Made by a program: the position numbers and the translations under genes. Shown here piece by piece: positions 25,983 through 34,321 of a stretch of 64,000 nucleotides of DNA; positions within the stretch are counted from its first letter, which is position 1, and the number at the start of each line of letters is the position of its first letter. The DNA is from Vicinamibacterales bacterium (GTDB taxonomy: Bacteria > Acidobacteriota > Vicinamibacteria > Vicinamibacterales > UBA2999): the NCBI GenBank assembly GCA_050742535.1, contig JBOGIQ010000003.1:1368-65367 (forward strand), written 5' to 3'. The notes below the pieces were generated by a model, which saw only the letters and a program-made list of their open reading frames with translations, was not told the DNA's origin and did not search any database.

Positions 25983-26429
25983 GTGCGCAGTATGAAATCC
26001 AGAATCCTCTCGTTCGTCGTTGCGGTCGTGATCGCAGCCGGGATGATCTCAGGCGGAATAGTGACGGTCGCGGCCCAGGAAGCCCATCCTCTGGAGGGCA
26101 CGTGGTACGGTGAGTACAGCACCGGCAACCAGAAGACCGACCTGACGGTCATCATGAAGTGGGACGGAAAGAGCGTCAGCGGTCTGATCAATCCGGGACC
26201 GAACTCCAAACCGCTCACGGCCGCCGTGCTGGACATCATTCCCGGCAAACCGGCGCCGCAGGGACAGCAATCGACCACCGGCGTTCCGCCAACGTTCAAG
26301 GTGCGCTTCGACGTGGACGGCATGACGTTCGAGGGAACGCTCCGCAATCCTGTGGGTGGGAACCGCCAGCTCGTGGGGACCTGGAAACGTGCCGCGCAGA
26401 GCGGTGCTTTCCAGATCCGCCGGTTGTAA
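25983..26429 (+). CDS. Small secreted protein of unknown function (148 aa)
   Basis: Starts 4 nt after the previous stop. Signal ILSFVVAVVIAAGMISGGIVTVAAQ, then LEGTWYGEY... Confidence 0.6.
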   Translation: MRSMKSRILSFVVAVVIAAGMISGGIVTVAAQEAHPLEGTWYGEYSTGNQKTDLTVIMKWDGKSVSGLINPGPNSKPLTAAVLDIIPGKPAPQGQQSTTGVPPTFKVRFDVDGMTFEGTLRNPVGGNRQLVGTWKRAAQSGAFQIRRL

Positions 26430-26437
26430 CTTCGATG

Positions 26438-26520
26438 GGCGCCGCCTTCACCCGACGTTAACCACGAAGGCCGCGAAGAACTCGAAGGGCGCGAAGAACT
26501 CTGTTCTCGCGCTTTTTTTC
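26438..26520. repeat. Composite repeat (CACCCGACGTTAACCACGAAGG.CGCGAAGAAC module, duplicated)
   Basis: Same module as at 6868-6900 and 8018-8050. Confidence 0.8.
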
Positions 26521-26641
26521 TATTTGCACCACGCGACATTGCCGGCTGCCCGATGTGGGTGTCGCCTGAGAGCGATGTACGGCGCTCCCTGTCCTGTAAT
26601 CGTGCCGCATCCGCGCGATTGATACTCGAGCAGGCGCGGTC

Positions 26642-26902
26642 ATGACATTACATGCGATCCAACGGACGGTATCGGTGCTGTTCATGAGCACTCTGGCCGT
26701 GGTGGCTATGGTCCGGCATCTCTCGGCAGACGAGTACGAACCAGTGTGCACCGAGTGGCCGCCATACAACTGCCATTGGGGAGACGGCGCGGACTGTGAC
26801 ATGCGATACACGGAGTGTGCCGACTACTGCGACATGGGTGGCGGGGGGCTCGGCACTTTCAATTGCGACTTGATTGGCGGTTCATGCCACTGTGCAAGCT
26901 GA
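26642..26902 (+). CDS. Secreted 8-cysteine mini-protein A (86 aa precursor, ~57 aa mature)
   Basis: Signal-like N-terminus ending HLSA. Mature part has 8 Cys in the framework C-x7-C-x7-C-x6-C-x3-C-x11-C-x6-C-x-C. Homologous to the 27886 ORF. Confidence 0.6.
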   Translation: MTLHAIQRTVSVLFMSTLAVVAMVRHLSADEYEPVCTEWPPYNCHWGDGADCDMRYTECADYCDMGGGGLGTFNCDLIGGSCHCAS

Positions 26903-26948
26903 TCGACGTGGCCGCAGGCCAGGTGTAGAGTGGCGGAGGAGGCTGGAC

Positions 26949-27800
26949 GTGCGAGTGTTGTGGTCCCTCGCCGCCGTCATGGCGACGACGGCCGGACTGG
27001 TCGCGCAGAATACGGGCGGATTGATTGCAGGTGCCTCGGACCGGCCGACGCCGGCGTTCGAGGTCGCCTCAGTGAAGCCGAATAGGACCTCGTCGACGGC
27101 GATGACGATCCAATGGACGCCGGACGGGCGTTTTCGTGCCACCAACGTTCCGCTGCAGACGCTCATCACGGTCGCCTTCAGCCTCCGGTCGCGTGATCAG
27201 ATCCTCAACGCACCATCCTGGACAGCCGTGGAACGGTTCGACATCGACGGCCGGCCGTCGGCCGACATTCCGCGTGCGCAGCATGTGCTCCTGCTGCAGG
27301 CACTGTTGTCGGAACGGTTCGCGCTGGTGGTTCGGCCGGTCGCGTCGGAATTGCCCGTGTACGTGCTCGCCAGGCGAAGGGGAGACAATGCGGCGCTGCC
27401 ACGCGGCATGCGTGAGTCCACGCGGCGATGCGAGGAGACGTCGGGCCCGGCCGCAGCGGATTCGAAGCAGGTCGCGAGCTCGCGTTCGGACTGCTTGCTG
27501 CGTGGTGACGCCCGTGGCGGCAGGATCACCGCCCTCGGAGCACGGATGGCCGCGCTCGTCTTTCAACTGTCCGGCATGCTCGGCGCCAAAGTGATCGATC
27601 AGACAGGATTGCCGGGCAGGTATGACTTCGAGGTCGTGGCGCCCGATGGGTCGTCGAACGTCCAGTCCGACGACCTGGTTGCTCGCCAGGCATGGTTGAT
27701 TGCTGCCGTTGAAAGCCAACTCGGGCTGGACCTCCGGCGCGAGACGGCGCCCGCTTCGTCGGTGTACGTCGAGCGCGTCGATCGGCCGACGCCAAACTAG
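26949..27800 (+). CDS. TIGR03435-family (acidobacterial uncharacterised) protein 1
   Basis: PAFEVASVKPN....TPDGRFRATNVPLQTLITVAF.......APSW....RFDIDGRP.........LLQALLSERFALVVRP...ELPVYVL matches the TIGR03435 pattern. GGAGGAGG precedes GTG 26949. An in-frame ATG at 26874 would overlap the peptide gene by 29 nt. Confidence 0.75.
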   Translation: MRVLWSLAAVMATTAGLVAQNTGGLIAGASDRPTPAFEVASVKPNRTSSTAMTIQWTPDGRFRATNVPLQTLITVAFSLRSRDQILNAPSWTAVERFDIDGRPSADIPRAQHVLLLQALLSERFALVVRPVASELPVYVLARRRGDNAALPRGMRESTRRCEETSGPAAADSKQVASSRSDCLLRGDARGGRITALGARMAALVFQLSGMLGAKVIDQTGLPGRYDFEVVAPDGSSNVQSDDLVARQAWLIAAVESQLGLDLRRETAPASSVYVERVDRPTPN

Positions 27801-27885
27801 GTGCGTTACGTACGACGCACTGTGTCTTGTTCGAGCAGCAGCGGTGATGTCAGATCGGGGTTCTTTCAGCGCGACGGAGGTTCCG

Positions 27886-28143
27886 ATGCGGCGATTGTCG
27901 ATCCGGCTGCTCACTGCGACGACGTTTCTGATCCTTGCTCGCATGGACGACGCGAAGGCGGCGATGCTGTGCGGCGATCAGGGCGGCATGTGGAAGTGCG
28001 AATGGGAAAACGAACCGGCACAGTGTTCCCAGTTGTACAACTTCTGTTACGGGTACTGCTCGGGCCACGGAGGAGTCCATAATTTTTATTGTGCGCAGGA
28101 CTATGACCCCGGCGCGGGGTTCTGCTGGTGTGGTCTCAGCTAA
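27886..28143 (+). CDS. Secreted 8-cysteine mini-protein B (85 aa precursor, ~60 aa mature)
   Basis: GGAGG lies 5 nt before the ATG. Signal MRRLSIRLLTATTFLILARMDDAKA. The same 8-Cys framework: C-x8-C-x8-C-x6-C-x3-C-x10-C-x10-C-x-C. Confidence 0.65.
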   Translation: MRRLSIRLLTATTFLILARMDDAKAAMLCGDQGGMWKCEWENEPAQCSQLYNFCYGYCSGHGGVHNFYCAQDYDPGAGFCWCGLS

Positions 28144-28978
28144 AGGGGGAACAGCGCTGGTACTGGTCGCCGCGACGCTATGCCACGGCTCGGCGCAGGA
28201 GCGTGACTCCGAACAGCCGCGCCGCGCGGCGACGTTTGCCGTGACGTCGGTGAAGCCGACTGACGGTAGCGGACCACGCACCTTCAGATGGGGGCCCGAT
28301 GGCAGTTACCGTGCCACGAACCTGCCGCTGGTGATCCTTGTCGCAGACGCCCTTCAGGTGCGCACTGATCAGCTGATCGATGTTCCTTCGTGGGTGACGA
28401 CGCAAACCTACGATATCGAGGCAAAGCCGGCGGCGCCGGTGCCGCCCGCACAGCATCGTGGCCTGCTGCGCGCGCTCCTCGAGGATCGGTTCAAGCTGCG
28501 CCTCGCCACTGTTGCCCGGAACGTTCCGGTATATGCGCTTGGGCTCGCACGGCCGGATCGACGCCTCGGCCGCGGCATCCGACCCGAGGAACGTGAATGC
28601 GTCAAGGGGTTCGCTCCTGCGCTCGAGCGCCCGCTCAAGCCAGGGCAACCTGCGCTCTGCGGTGTCGGCGTGGACAGGGGCGTTCTCGCCGCAGGCGGCG
28701 CGCCGATTTCGGCGTTGCTCAGTGCGCTGCGGCCGTTGCTCGAACTCGAGGTCGTCGATCGGAGCGGGTTGACCGGCCGCTTCGACGTGTATCTCCGCTG
28801 GACGCCGGAGCAGCACGCGTGCGGCACGTGCCCGCTGTTACTCGAATTTCCCGCCTCCGCGAACGGGCCATCGTTCTTCACGGCCATCGTCGAGCAGTTG
28901 GGACTGCGGCTCGACCGGCAGCGATCGGCAAAGGATGTCTGGAGGATTGCCCATATCGCCAGACCCGATTCGAACTGA
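28103..28978 (+). CDS. TIGR03435-family protein 2
   Basis: FAVTSVKPTDG....GPDGSYRATNLPLVILVADAL........VPSW....TYDIEAKP......LLRALLEDRFKLRL...ARNVPVYAL. The start (ATG 28103 or GTG 28130) overlaps the 3' end of the peptide B gene. Confidence 0.75.
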   Translation: MTPARGSAGVVSAKGGTALVLVAATLCHGSAQERDSEQPRRAATFAVTSVKPTDGSGPRTFRWGPDGSYRATNLPLVILVADALQVRTDQLIDVPSWVTTQTYDIEAKPAAPVPPAQHRGLLRALLEDRFKLRLATVARNVPVYALGLARPDRRLGRGIRPEERECVKGFAPALERPLKPGQPALCGVGVDRGVLAAGGAPISALLSALRPLLELEVVDRSGLTGRFDVYLRWTPEQHACGTCPLLLEFPASANGPSFFTAIVEQLGLRLDRQRSAKDVWRIAHIARPDSN

Positions 28979-29037
28979 TCGAGAACCTCACCGAATTCCC
29001 GGCCTCACCGACGTGGACCGCCCTCGCGTCAACCGGG

Positions 29038-30084
29038 CTACTTCCCGGGCACGAACCGATCGAGACACTCGTACGGGTGGACGGTGTTCTCCGGCTTCCA
29101 CACGAAGTACCGTTTGAGTTCGAACGGTCGCGTGAAGTTCACCGGATCGGTCGTCGTCAGCGTGTAGTCGAGACGGCTGTAATCCGCATTCGGGATGAAG
29201 CGCTCGACGGTCTTGATCTGATTACTCTGCGGTGTGCCCTCGTGATCGAAATAGCCCGCGGCGATGTGATCGGTTTCGACCACGAGCGTCCTGCCCTCCC
29301 AGCGCCCGCGTGAAAAGCCGTACAACGTATGCGCCGCCGGTGCGACCTCCTTCGGATTCATGTGGATCGTGCGCACGGTGTCGTATTCCTCGAGGCGCAT
29401 GACGATCCGGTCGCCCGCCCGGCTGAACTCCATGGGCAGCGGAGAAATCATGATCAGCGGTGTGCCCTTCGTGCCGCACTTCAGCAGCACGTTGTCGCGC
29501 GGATTCCATTTCGCGAGCCCGGCCTTGCCGGCGGCGGTCAGCGGATATCCTCCCTTGAACATCGGAAACGCCGCGGGGTCGCTCATGATCGTGGACCAGA
29601 CGCGGAACAGGCCGTCGGCCTTCGCTTTCGCGGCAGCCACATCGACGGTGATCCTTGCCGCTCCGACGACGCGGCCCGCTTTTCCGGCGGCGAAATACGG
29701 CTTGTCCGATCCGAACGTGAATTCGTTGCCGTTGGGCAGCAGCACGCTGCGCGCAAGAATCTCGGGCCGGCTGCGCATCGACGGCGAACCGGCAATCGTG
29801 ATGCGATCGCCGACGCGGATGGAGCTTCCGTCCACACCGCGATTGCGGAGAATGCTGATCGACGCTGTTTCCGCGTCCCACACCGTCTCCCGGCCTTTCT
29901 CGTCCGTCACGGCGAGGAGGATCTGGCCGTGCGGATTTCGCCACGACACGGCCTTGACGACGCCGCTCACTTCGATGGTCTTCCTCGAATCGAAAATACC
30001 CGCCTGGCTATGATGCGCGTGAGCCAGGCCCACGAACGCGTTGAGCCCCAAGGCCAGACTCACGAGCCGCACGACTGGTCGCAT
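29038..30084 (-). CDS. Fusion protein: DUF6152-like N-domain + 'WEGDTLVV' domain (paralog 7, 348 aa)
   Basis: Signal peptide, AHHSQAGIFDSRKTIEVSGVVKAVSWRNPHGQILL, then RGRWEGRTLVVETDH, TTTDPVNFTRPF, HPYECLDRF. Confidence 0.8.
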   Translation of the reverse strand: MRPVVRLVSLALGLNAFVGLAHAHHSQAGIFDSRKTIEVSGVVKAVSWRNPHGQILLAVTDEKGRETVWDAETASISILRNRGVDGSSIRVGDRITIAGSPSMRSRPEILARSVLLPNGNEFTFGSDKPYFAAGKAGRVVGAARITVDVAAAKAKADGLFRVWSTIMSDPAAFPMFKGGYPLTAAGKAGLAKWNPRDNVLLKCGTKGTPLIMISPLPMEFSRAGDRIVMRLEEYDTVRTIHMNPKEVAPAAHTLYGFSRGRWEGRTLVVETDHIAAGYFDHEGTPQSNQIKTVERFIPNADYSRLDYTLTTTDPVNFTRPFELKRYFVWKPENTVHPYECLDRFVPGK

Positions 30085-30112
30085 GGTGTTGCCTCCTTCA
30101 GAGCCGTCTCTA

Positions 30113-30628
30113 TCAGCCGGTTCGATAGTAGCGTTCCCGCACCCGCGCCGACCACTTGAGCAGGACCTCGCGGAATGCCTCGAGGTTGTCCTTCGGCAGG
30201 TCGCCCGGCGGCATGCTGTGGATGAACACGTCAGTCACCCCGTCGTCGAAGACGCCACCGCGAATCGGCTCTTCGCGGAAGATCAGCAGCGGCATCTGCA
30301 GTCCGAAGAGGATGCCCGCCTCGAGGTGATTCCACGGGCTCGGGAACACCTCGGTCTTGCCTCGTCCCAGACGTGACTGGCGCTTGGTGCCCGGCTTCGA
30401 GACGCCCGCCGTCGCGACGAACTGCCGGAACCCCAGGATAATTCCGCCCGAGCAGTGCTTGGCGATCACGAACACCTCACGCAAGGGGCAGTCGGATGGA
30501 TAGTCGCTCCGGCCAAGCGCACGCGGCTCGAGCTGAAGCCGCGACAGCTCCTGAATGATGCGATCGCGCGACTGATCTTGACGCTTATCGAGGGCCGTGG
30601 GGCAGGACACGAAGACGGGGATTCGCAT
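30113..30628 (-). CDS. Hypothetical cytoplasmic protein, nucleoside 2-deoxyribosyltransferase-like / TIR-like fold suspected (171 aa)
   Basis: N-terminal strand RIPVFVSCP, GGIILGF, and WNHLEAGILFGLQMPLLIF resemble the Rossmann-like NDT/TIR-like pattern. Weak, by eye only. Lies 28 nt upstream of the 29038 gene on the same strand. Confidence 0.3.
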   Translation of the reverse strand: MRIPVFVSCPTALDKRQDQSRDRIIQELSRLQLEPRALGRSDYPSDCPLREVFVIAKHCSGGIILGFRQFVATAGVSKPGTKRQSRLGRGKTEVFPSPWNHLEAGILFGLQMPLLIFREEPIRGGVFDDGVTDVFIHSMPPGDLPKDNLEAFREVLLKWSARVRERYYRTG

Positions 30629-30773
30629 ATCGGCAGGCGGATACTAGCATTCACCCGTCCACGCCCGCACACGTCAGTCCCACCAGCGCACACTCACGTG
30701 GCCGCCGTGCCTTCCCGCGCCGTTAACCATCGCCGGGAGGCGACCGCACTCATGGCACACACTTTGGGACAGG

Positions 30774-33301
30774 GTGCCGTTTCGGGAGCGCACGATGACC
30801 GACCAGATTCTGCAGGATGCTCGCTTTGCGATCCGCTCGCTTCACCGCCGGCCCCTCGTCACAGGTGTCGCCGTGGTGTCGCTGGCGCTCGGCATCGGCG
30901 TCAACACGGTCATTTTCTCGGTCTTCGAGCGAATGCTCCTGCGCACCGTCAGCGCGCCGGCGAATCAGGGCCTCGTCAACGTGATCGCGCCGGGACTGAA
31001 GCCCGGGGGACGCTCGACGGGAAACGCCGGCGGCCCGGATGCGGTTGTCAGTCCGCCGCTGTTCCGCGATCTCGAGCGGCTGGAGATGCCTGAGGTGTCC
31101 CGCATCGCGGCCCATGCCGATTTCGGAGCGAACGTCGCGATTCGAGGCATCACGACGCGCGTCGAAGGCCTGGTGGTCTCGGGCGGCTACTTTCCTGCTC
31201 TCGGCCTCGTGCCCTCCGCTGGCCGTCTCCTGAGCCCCGGCGACGATCGCGTCGAAGGCGGGCATCCGGTTGCCGTGCTCTCGCACAGATACTGGACGGC
31301 ACACCTTGCCGCCGACCGGGGCGTCATTGGCGACGTGCTCGTTGTCAACGGTGAGCCGCTGACGATCGTTGGCGTCACGGGGGAAGGATTCACCGGCACC
31401 GTTGCCATGGACCGGCCCGACGTGTTCGTGCCGCTCGCGATGGCCGCCCGCCTTCGCATTGGAGGCAGTGGGCGGAAGGATCACTGGCTGTATATGTTCG
31501 CCCGGCTGAAGCCGGGCATCACGCGTGAACGCGCCGAGGCCGCCCTCAACGTGCCGTTCTCCGCCTTGATCAAGGAAGTGGAATATCCCGTCCAGGCCGG
31601 CGAGCTGCCCGGTCGGGCGCGTGAACGGTTTCTGTCCAGGCGCCTTGTGCTGGAGGACGGGCATCGCATGCGGTTGAACGATCCGCGCGAAGCCCGGCTC
31701 GTGCTCGGGCTGCTGCTCGTCGTGACGGGACTTGTCCTGATCATCGCCTGCGCGAACGTCGCCAACCTGCTGCTGGCGAGGGCCGCCGATCGCTCGACGG
31801 AGATGGCGGTGCGGGTGTCGATGGGCGCATCCACCGCACGACTGGTGCGATCGCTGCTGCTGGAAGCCTCGCTGCTTGGCGTACTCGGGGCCGGCGGCGC
31901 GCTCGCTGTGGCCAGGATCGCCAGCGCCGCGTTGATGAGCATCATGCCGGCGGAGGACGTGCCGAACGTTGCGTTCCAGCCGAACCTGCCGGTCGTGCTC
32001 TATGCACTCGGCGTCGGCGTGGGAACGGCGCTGCTGTTTGGTCTCTTTCCGGCTCTGCATGCCGTCCGGATGGCGCGGCAGTCAACCCTGGGCGCGGGAT
32101 CAGCTCGCTCGTCCCTGTCGGTGAGCGCGCGGCGGGTTCGCGTCTCGCTGGCGACCGCGCAGATCGCGTTGGCCACGGCGCTGCTGGCGCAGGCCGGTCT
32201 TTTCCTCACGAGCCTGGTCAACATCGCCGGCGTGGAACTCGGTTTTCAGCGTGACGGACTGATCACTTTTCGGCTTGCGCCGCACGCGAACGGCTATTCC
32301 CCGGAACGAGCCTTGGTCTTGTTCGAGCGCATCGAGGACCAGCTGCGCGTCACGCCAGGCGTCGCTGCCGTCACGGCCACGGCCGTTCCTCTCCTCGCGG
32401 ACAATCGTCAACGTCCGAACGTCATCGTCGAGGGATTCGCGGCAGGACCCGATTCGGACATGCGAGCCAGCTTTGCGCGCATCGGCGACGCGTACTTCCG
32501 CACGCTGGGCATCCCCCTGCTTGCCGGGCGCGAGTTCTCGGCTGCCGATCGCGCCGGTGCACGGAAAGTTGCTGTCGTGAACGAGGCGTTCGTCCGGAAG
32601 TTCCAGCTCGACTCGCCCGTTGGCAAGCGCGTCGGGATCGCAAGTGGCGGCGCAACAGTGCCAGATGCCGAAATCGTCGGCATCGTGGCCGACGCGAAGT
32701 ATGCCGATATGCGCGAGGCCGCCCCTCCGCAGCTGTACTATTCGTATCGCCAGGGGCCGGTTGGGCCGCTGACGTTCTATGTGCGCGCCTCGGCGGAGCC
32801 GGGACCGCTGCGCGCGATCATTCCGGCGATCGTGGCGAGAATCGATCCACACCTTCCGGTCGAGAAGCTTCTCAGCATGGACGAACAGATTTGGGACAAC
32901 GTCGCGCGGGATCGCATTCTCGCCACGCTCTCGTCATGGTTCGCCCTGCTTGCGTCGGTGCTTGCGGGGATAGGCCTCTACGCTGTTCTCGCGTTCACGG
33001 TGACTCAGCGGATCCGTGAGATTGGAATCCGCATGGCGCTTGGCGCATGCCGCGACGATGTCCGTCGACTCCTCCTGTCCCACATCGGCAAGATGGGCAT
33101 CATCGGTGGAGGTATTGGTCTTGCCGCGGCGCTGGCGCTTGGCCGCCTTGGGGAAGCGCTCCTTTCGGGGTCGAGGGGACCGACCTGCGCATTCTCGCCG
33201 GCACCATCGCCGGCGTGAGCACCGTCATCCTCGCTGCCGCGATCGTTCCTACACGGCGTGCGACCCGCGTGGACCCGATGGTTGCCTTGCGCGCTGACTA
33301 G
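30774..33301 (+). pseudogene. ADOP-family duplicated FtsX-like ABC permease with a -1 frameshift near 33163-33165
   Basis: N-terminus ILQDARFAIRSLHRRPLVTGVAVVSLALGIG and two MacB/FtsX halves. Frame A stops at 33218. The conserved end FGVEGTDLRILAGTIAGVSTVILAAAIVPTRRATRVDPMVALRAD* continues in another frame (stop 33299-33301). One T appears to be missing in CTTTC. This is either a real pseudogene or a sequencing error. Confidence 0.8.
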
Positions 33302-33491
33302 GGCGAAGTGCCTGCGGGCGCAGGTTCAGGTGCTGGACAACGGCGACGGCCTGCCTCCCGATCGGCTGATCGCGCTGAACCGCGGCGTGGGCCTGGACAA
33401 CACGCGGGCGCGGCTGGCGCATCTCTATCGGAATCGCTTCGAGTTTACGTTTTCGAACGTCGAGCGGGGATTCTGCGTCACGATTCGGATC
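33302..33491 (+). pseudogene. C-terminal remnant of a LytS-type sensor histidine kinase (HATPase_c fragment)
   Basis: VQVLDNGDGLPPD.......GVGLDNTRARLAHLY...FEF.......GFCVTIRI. It begins directly after the ADOP stop with no N-terminal part. Confidence 0.7.
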
Positions 33492-34085
33492 GATCTGGTG
33501 TTTCTGGACATTCAGATGCCCCGGATTGACGGCCTGACGCTGGCGCGTACGCTCGGCCGCGCGATGCCCGCAGTCGTCTTCGTCACCGCCTAGGACGAGT
33601 ACGCGCTCGGCGCGTTCGAAGTGCATGCGCTCGATTACCTGCTCAAACCTTATGGTGCCGAGCGCTTCAAATCGGCGCTGGGGCACGCCCGCCAGCACCT
33701 CAGTGCCACGCGGACGGCAGGCCGCCTTCCATCAGCGCACGAACGGCACGATCGGCTCGTCATCAAGTCGAGCGGCCGTATCTATTTCATTCGCACGCGC
33801 GACATCGACTGGTGCGAGGCGGCTGGCAACTACGTCCGGCTTCACGTCGGTCCGCAGACACATTTCGTGCGCGGGACAATGGCGCACATTGAATCGCAGC
33901 TCGATCGGTCTCAGTTCGTCCGCATCCTTCGGTCGACGATCGTCAACGTCGACCGCATTCAGGAGCTTCATTCCGGCAGACTGGGAAAAGACGCTCTGAC
34001 GGCCGACGCACGGCGATCGCAACAAGCACACTCCGCGCGACCCACACCACGTCGACATCAACCGGTGAGTAGCACCTGTCAATGA
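33492..34085 (+). pseudogene. LytTR-family response regulator remnant (receiver N-terminus deleted, in-frame TAG)
   Basis: DLVFLDIQMPRIDGLTLARTL....PAVVFVTA-TAG-DEYALGAFEVHALDYLLKP, then the LytTR domain (IKSSGRIYFIRTRDIDWCEAAGNYVRLH.......MAHIESQLD...FVRILRSTIVNVDRIQEL). TAG at 33591-33593 replaces the conserved Tyr. The fragment is fused in frame to the kinase remnant. Confidence 0.75.
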
Positions 34086-34321
34086 TGACAGGCGAGCATC
34101 CAGAATTTTTGCCATCTGGATTAGCCGATGGTCCGGCCACACAATCTCCGCCCTGTGACCACATATCGGTCCTGACAATCCCTTCGAAGTGCGCACGCAA
34201 GCCGTGCCGGTTGCGCGGTGCCATTTCGGACTGGCCCTTTAGTGCCCCTTGCTCTGGGTTTGGTTCCTTGGAAACCGCCGGCCGGAGAATTCCGATGCCG
34301 GTCGAATTCGGGAGGCGAAAA

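Noticed and set aside
33591-33593. In-frame TAG in the LytTR regulator as programmed readthrough or pyrrolysine.
   Set aside because: The same gene lacks its receiver N-terminus and is fused to a kinase stump, so plain pseudogenisation is the simpler explanation. No pyl genes were seen.
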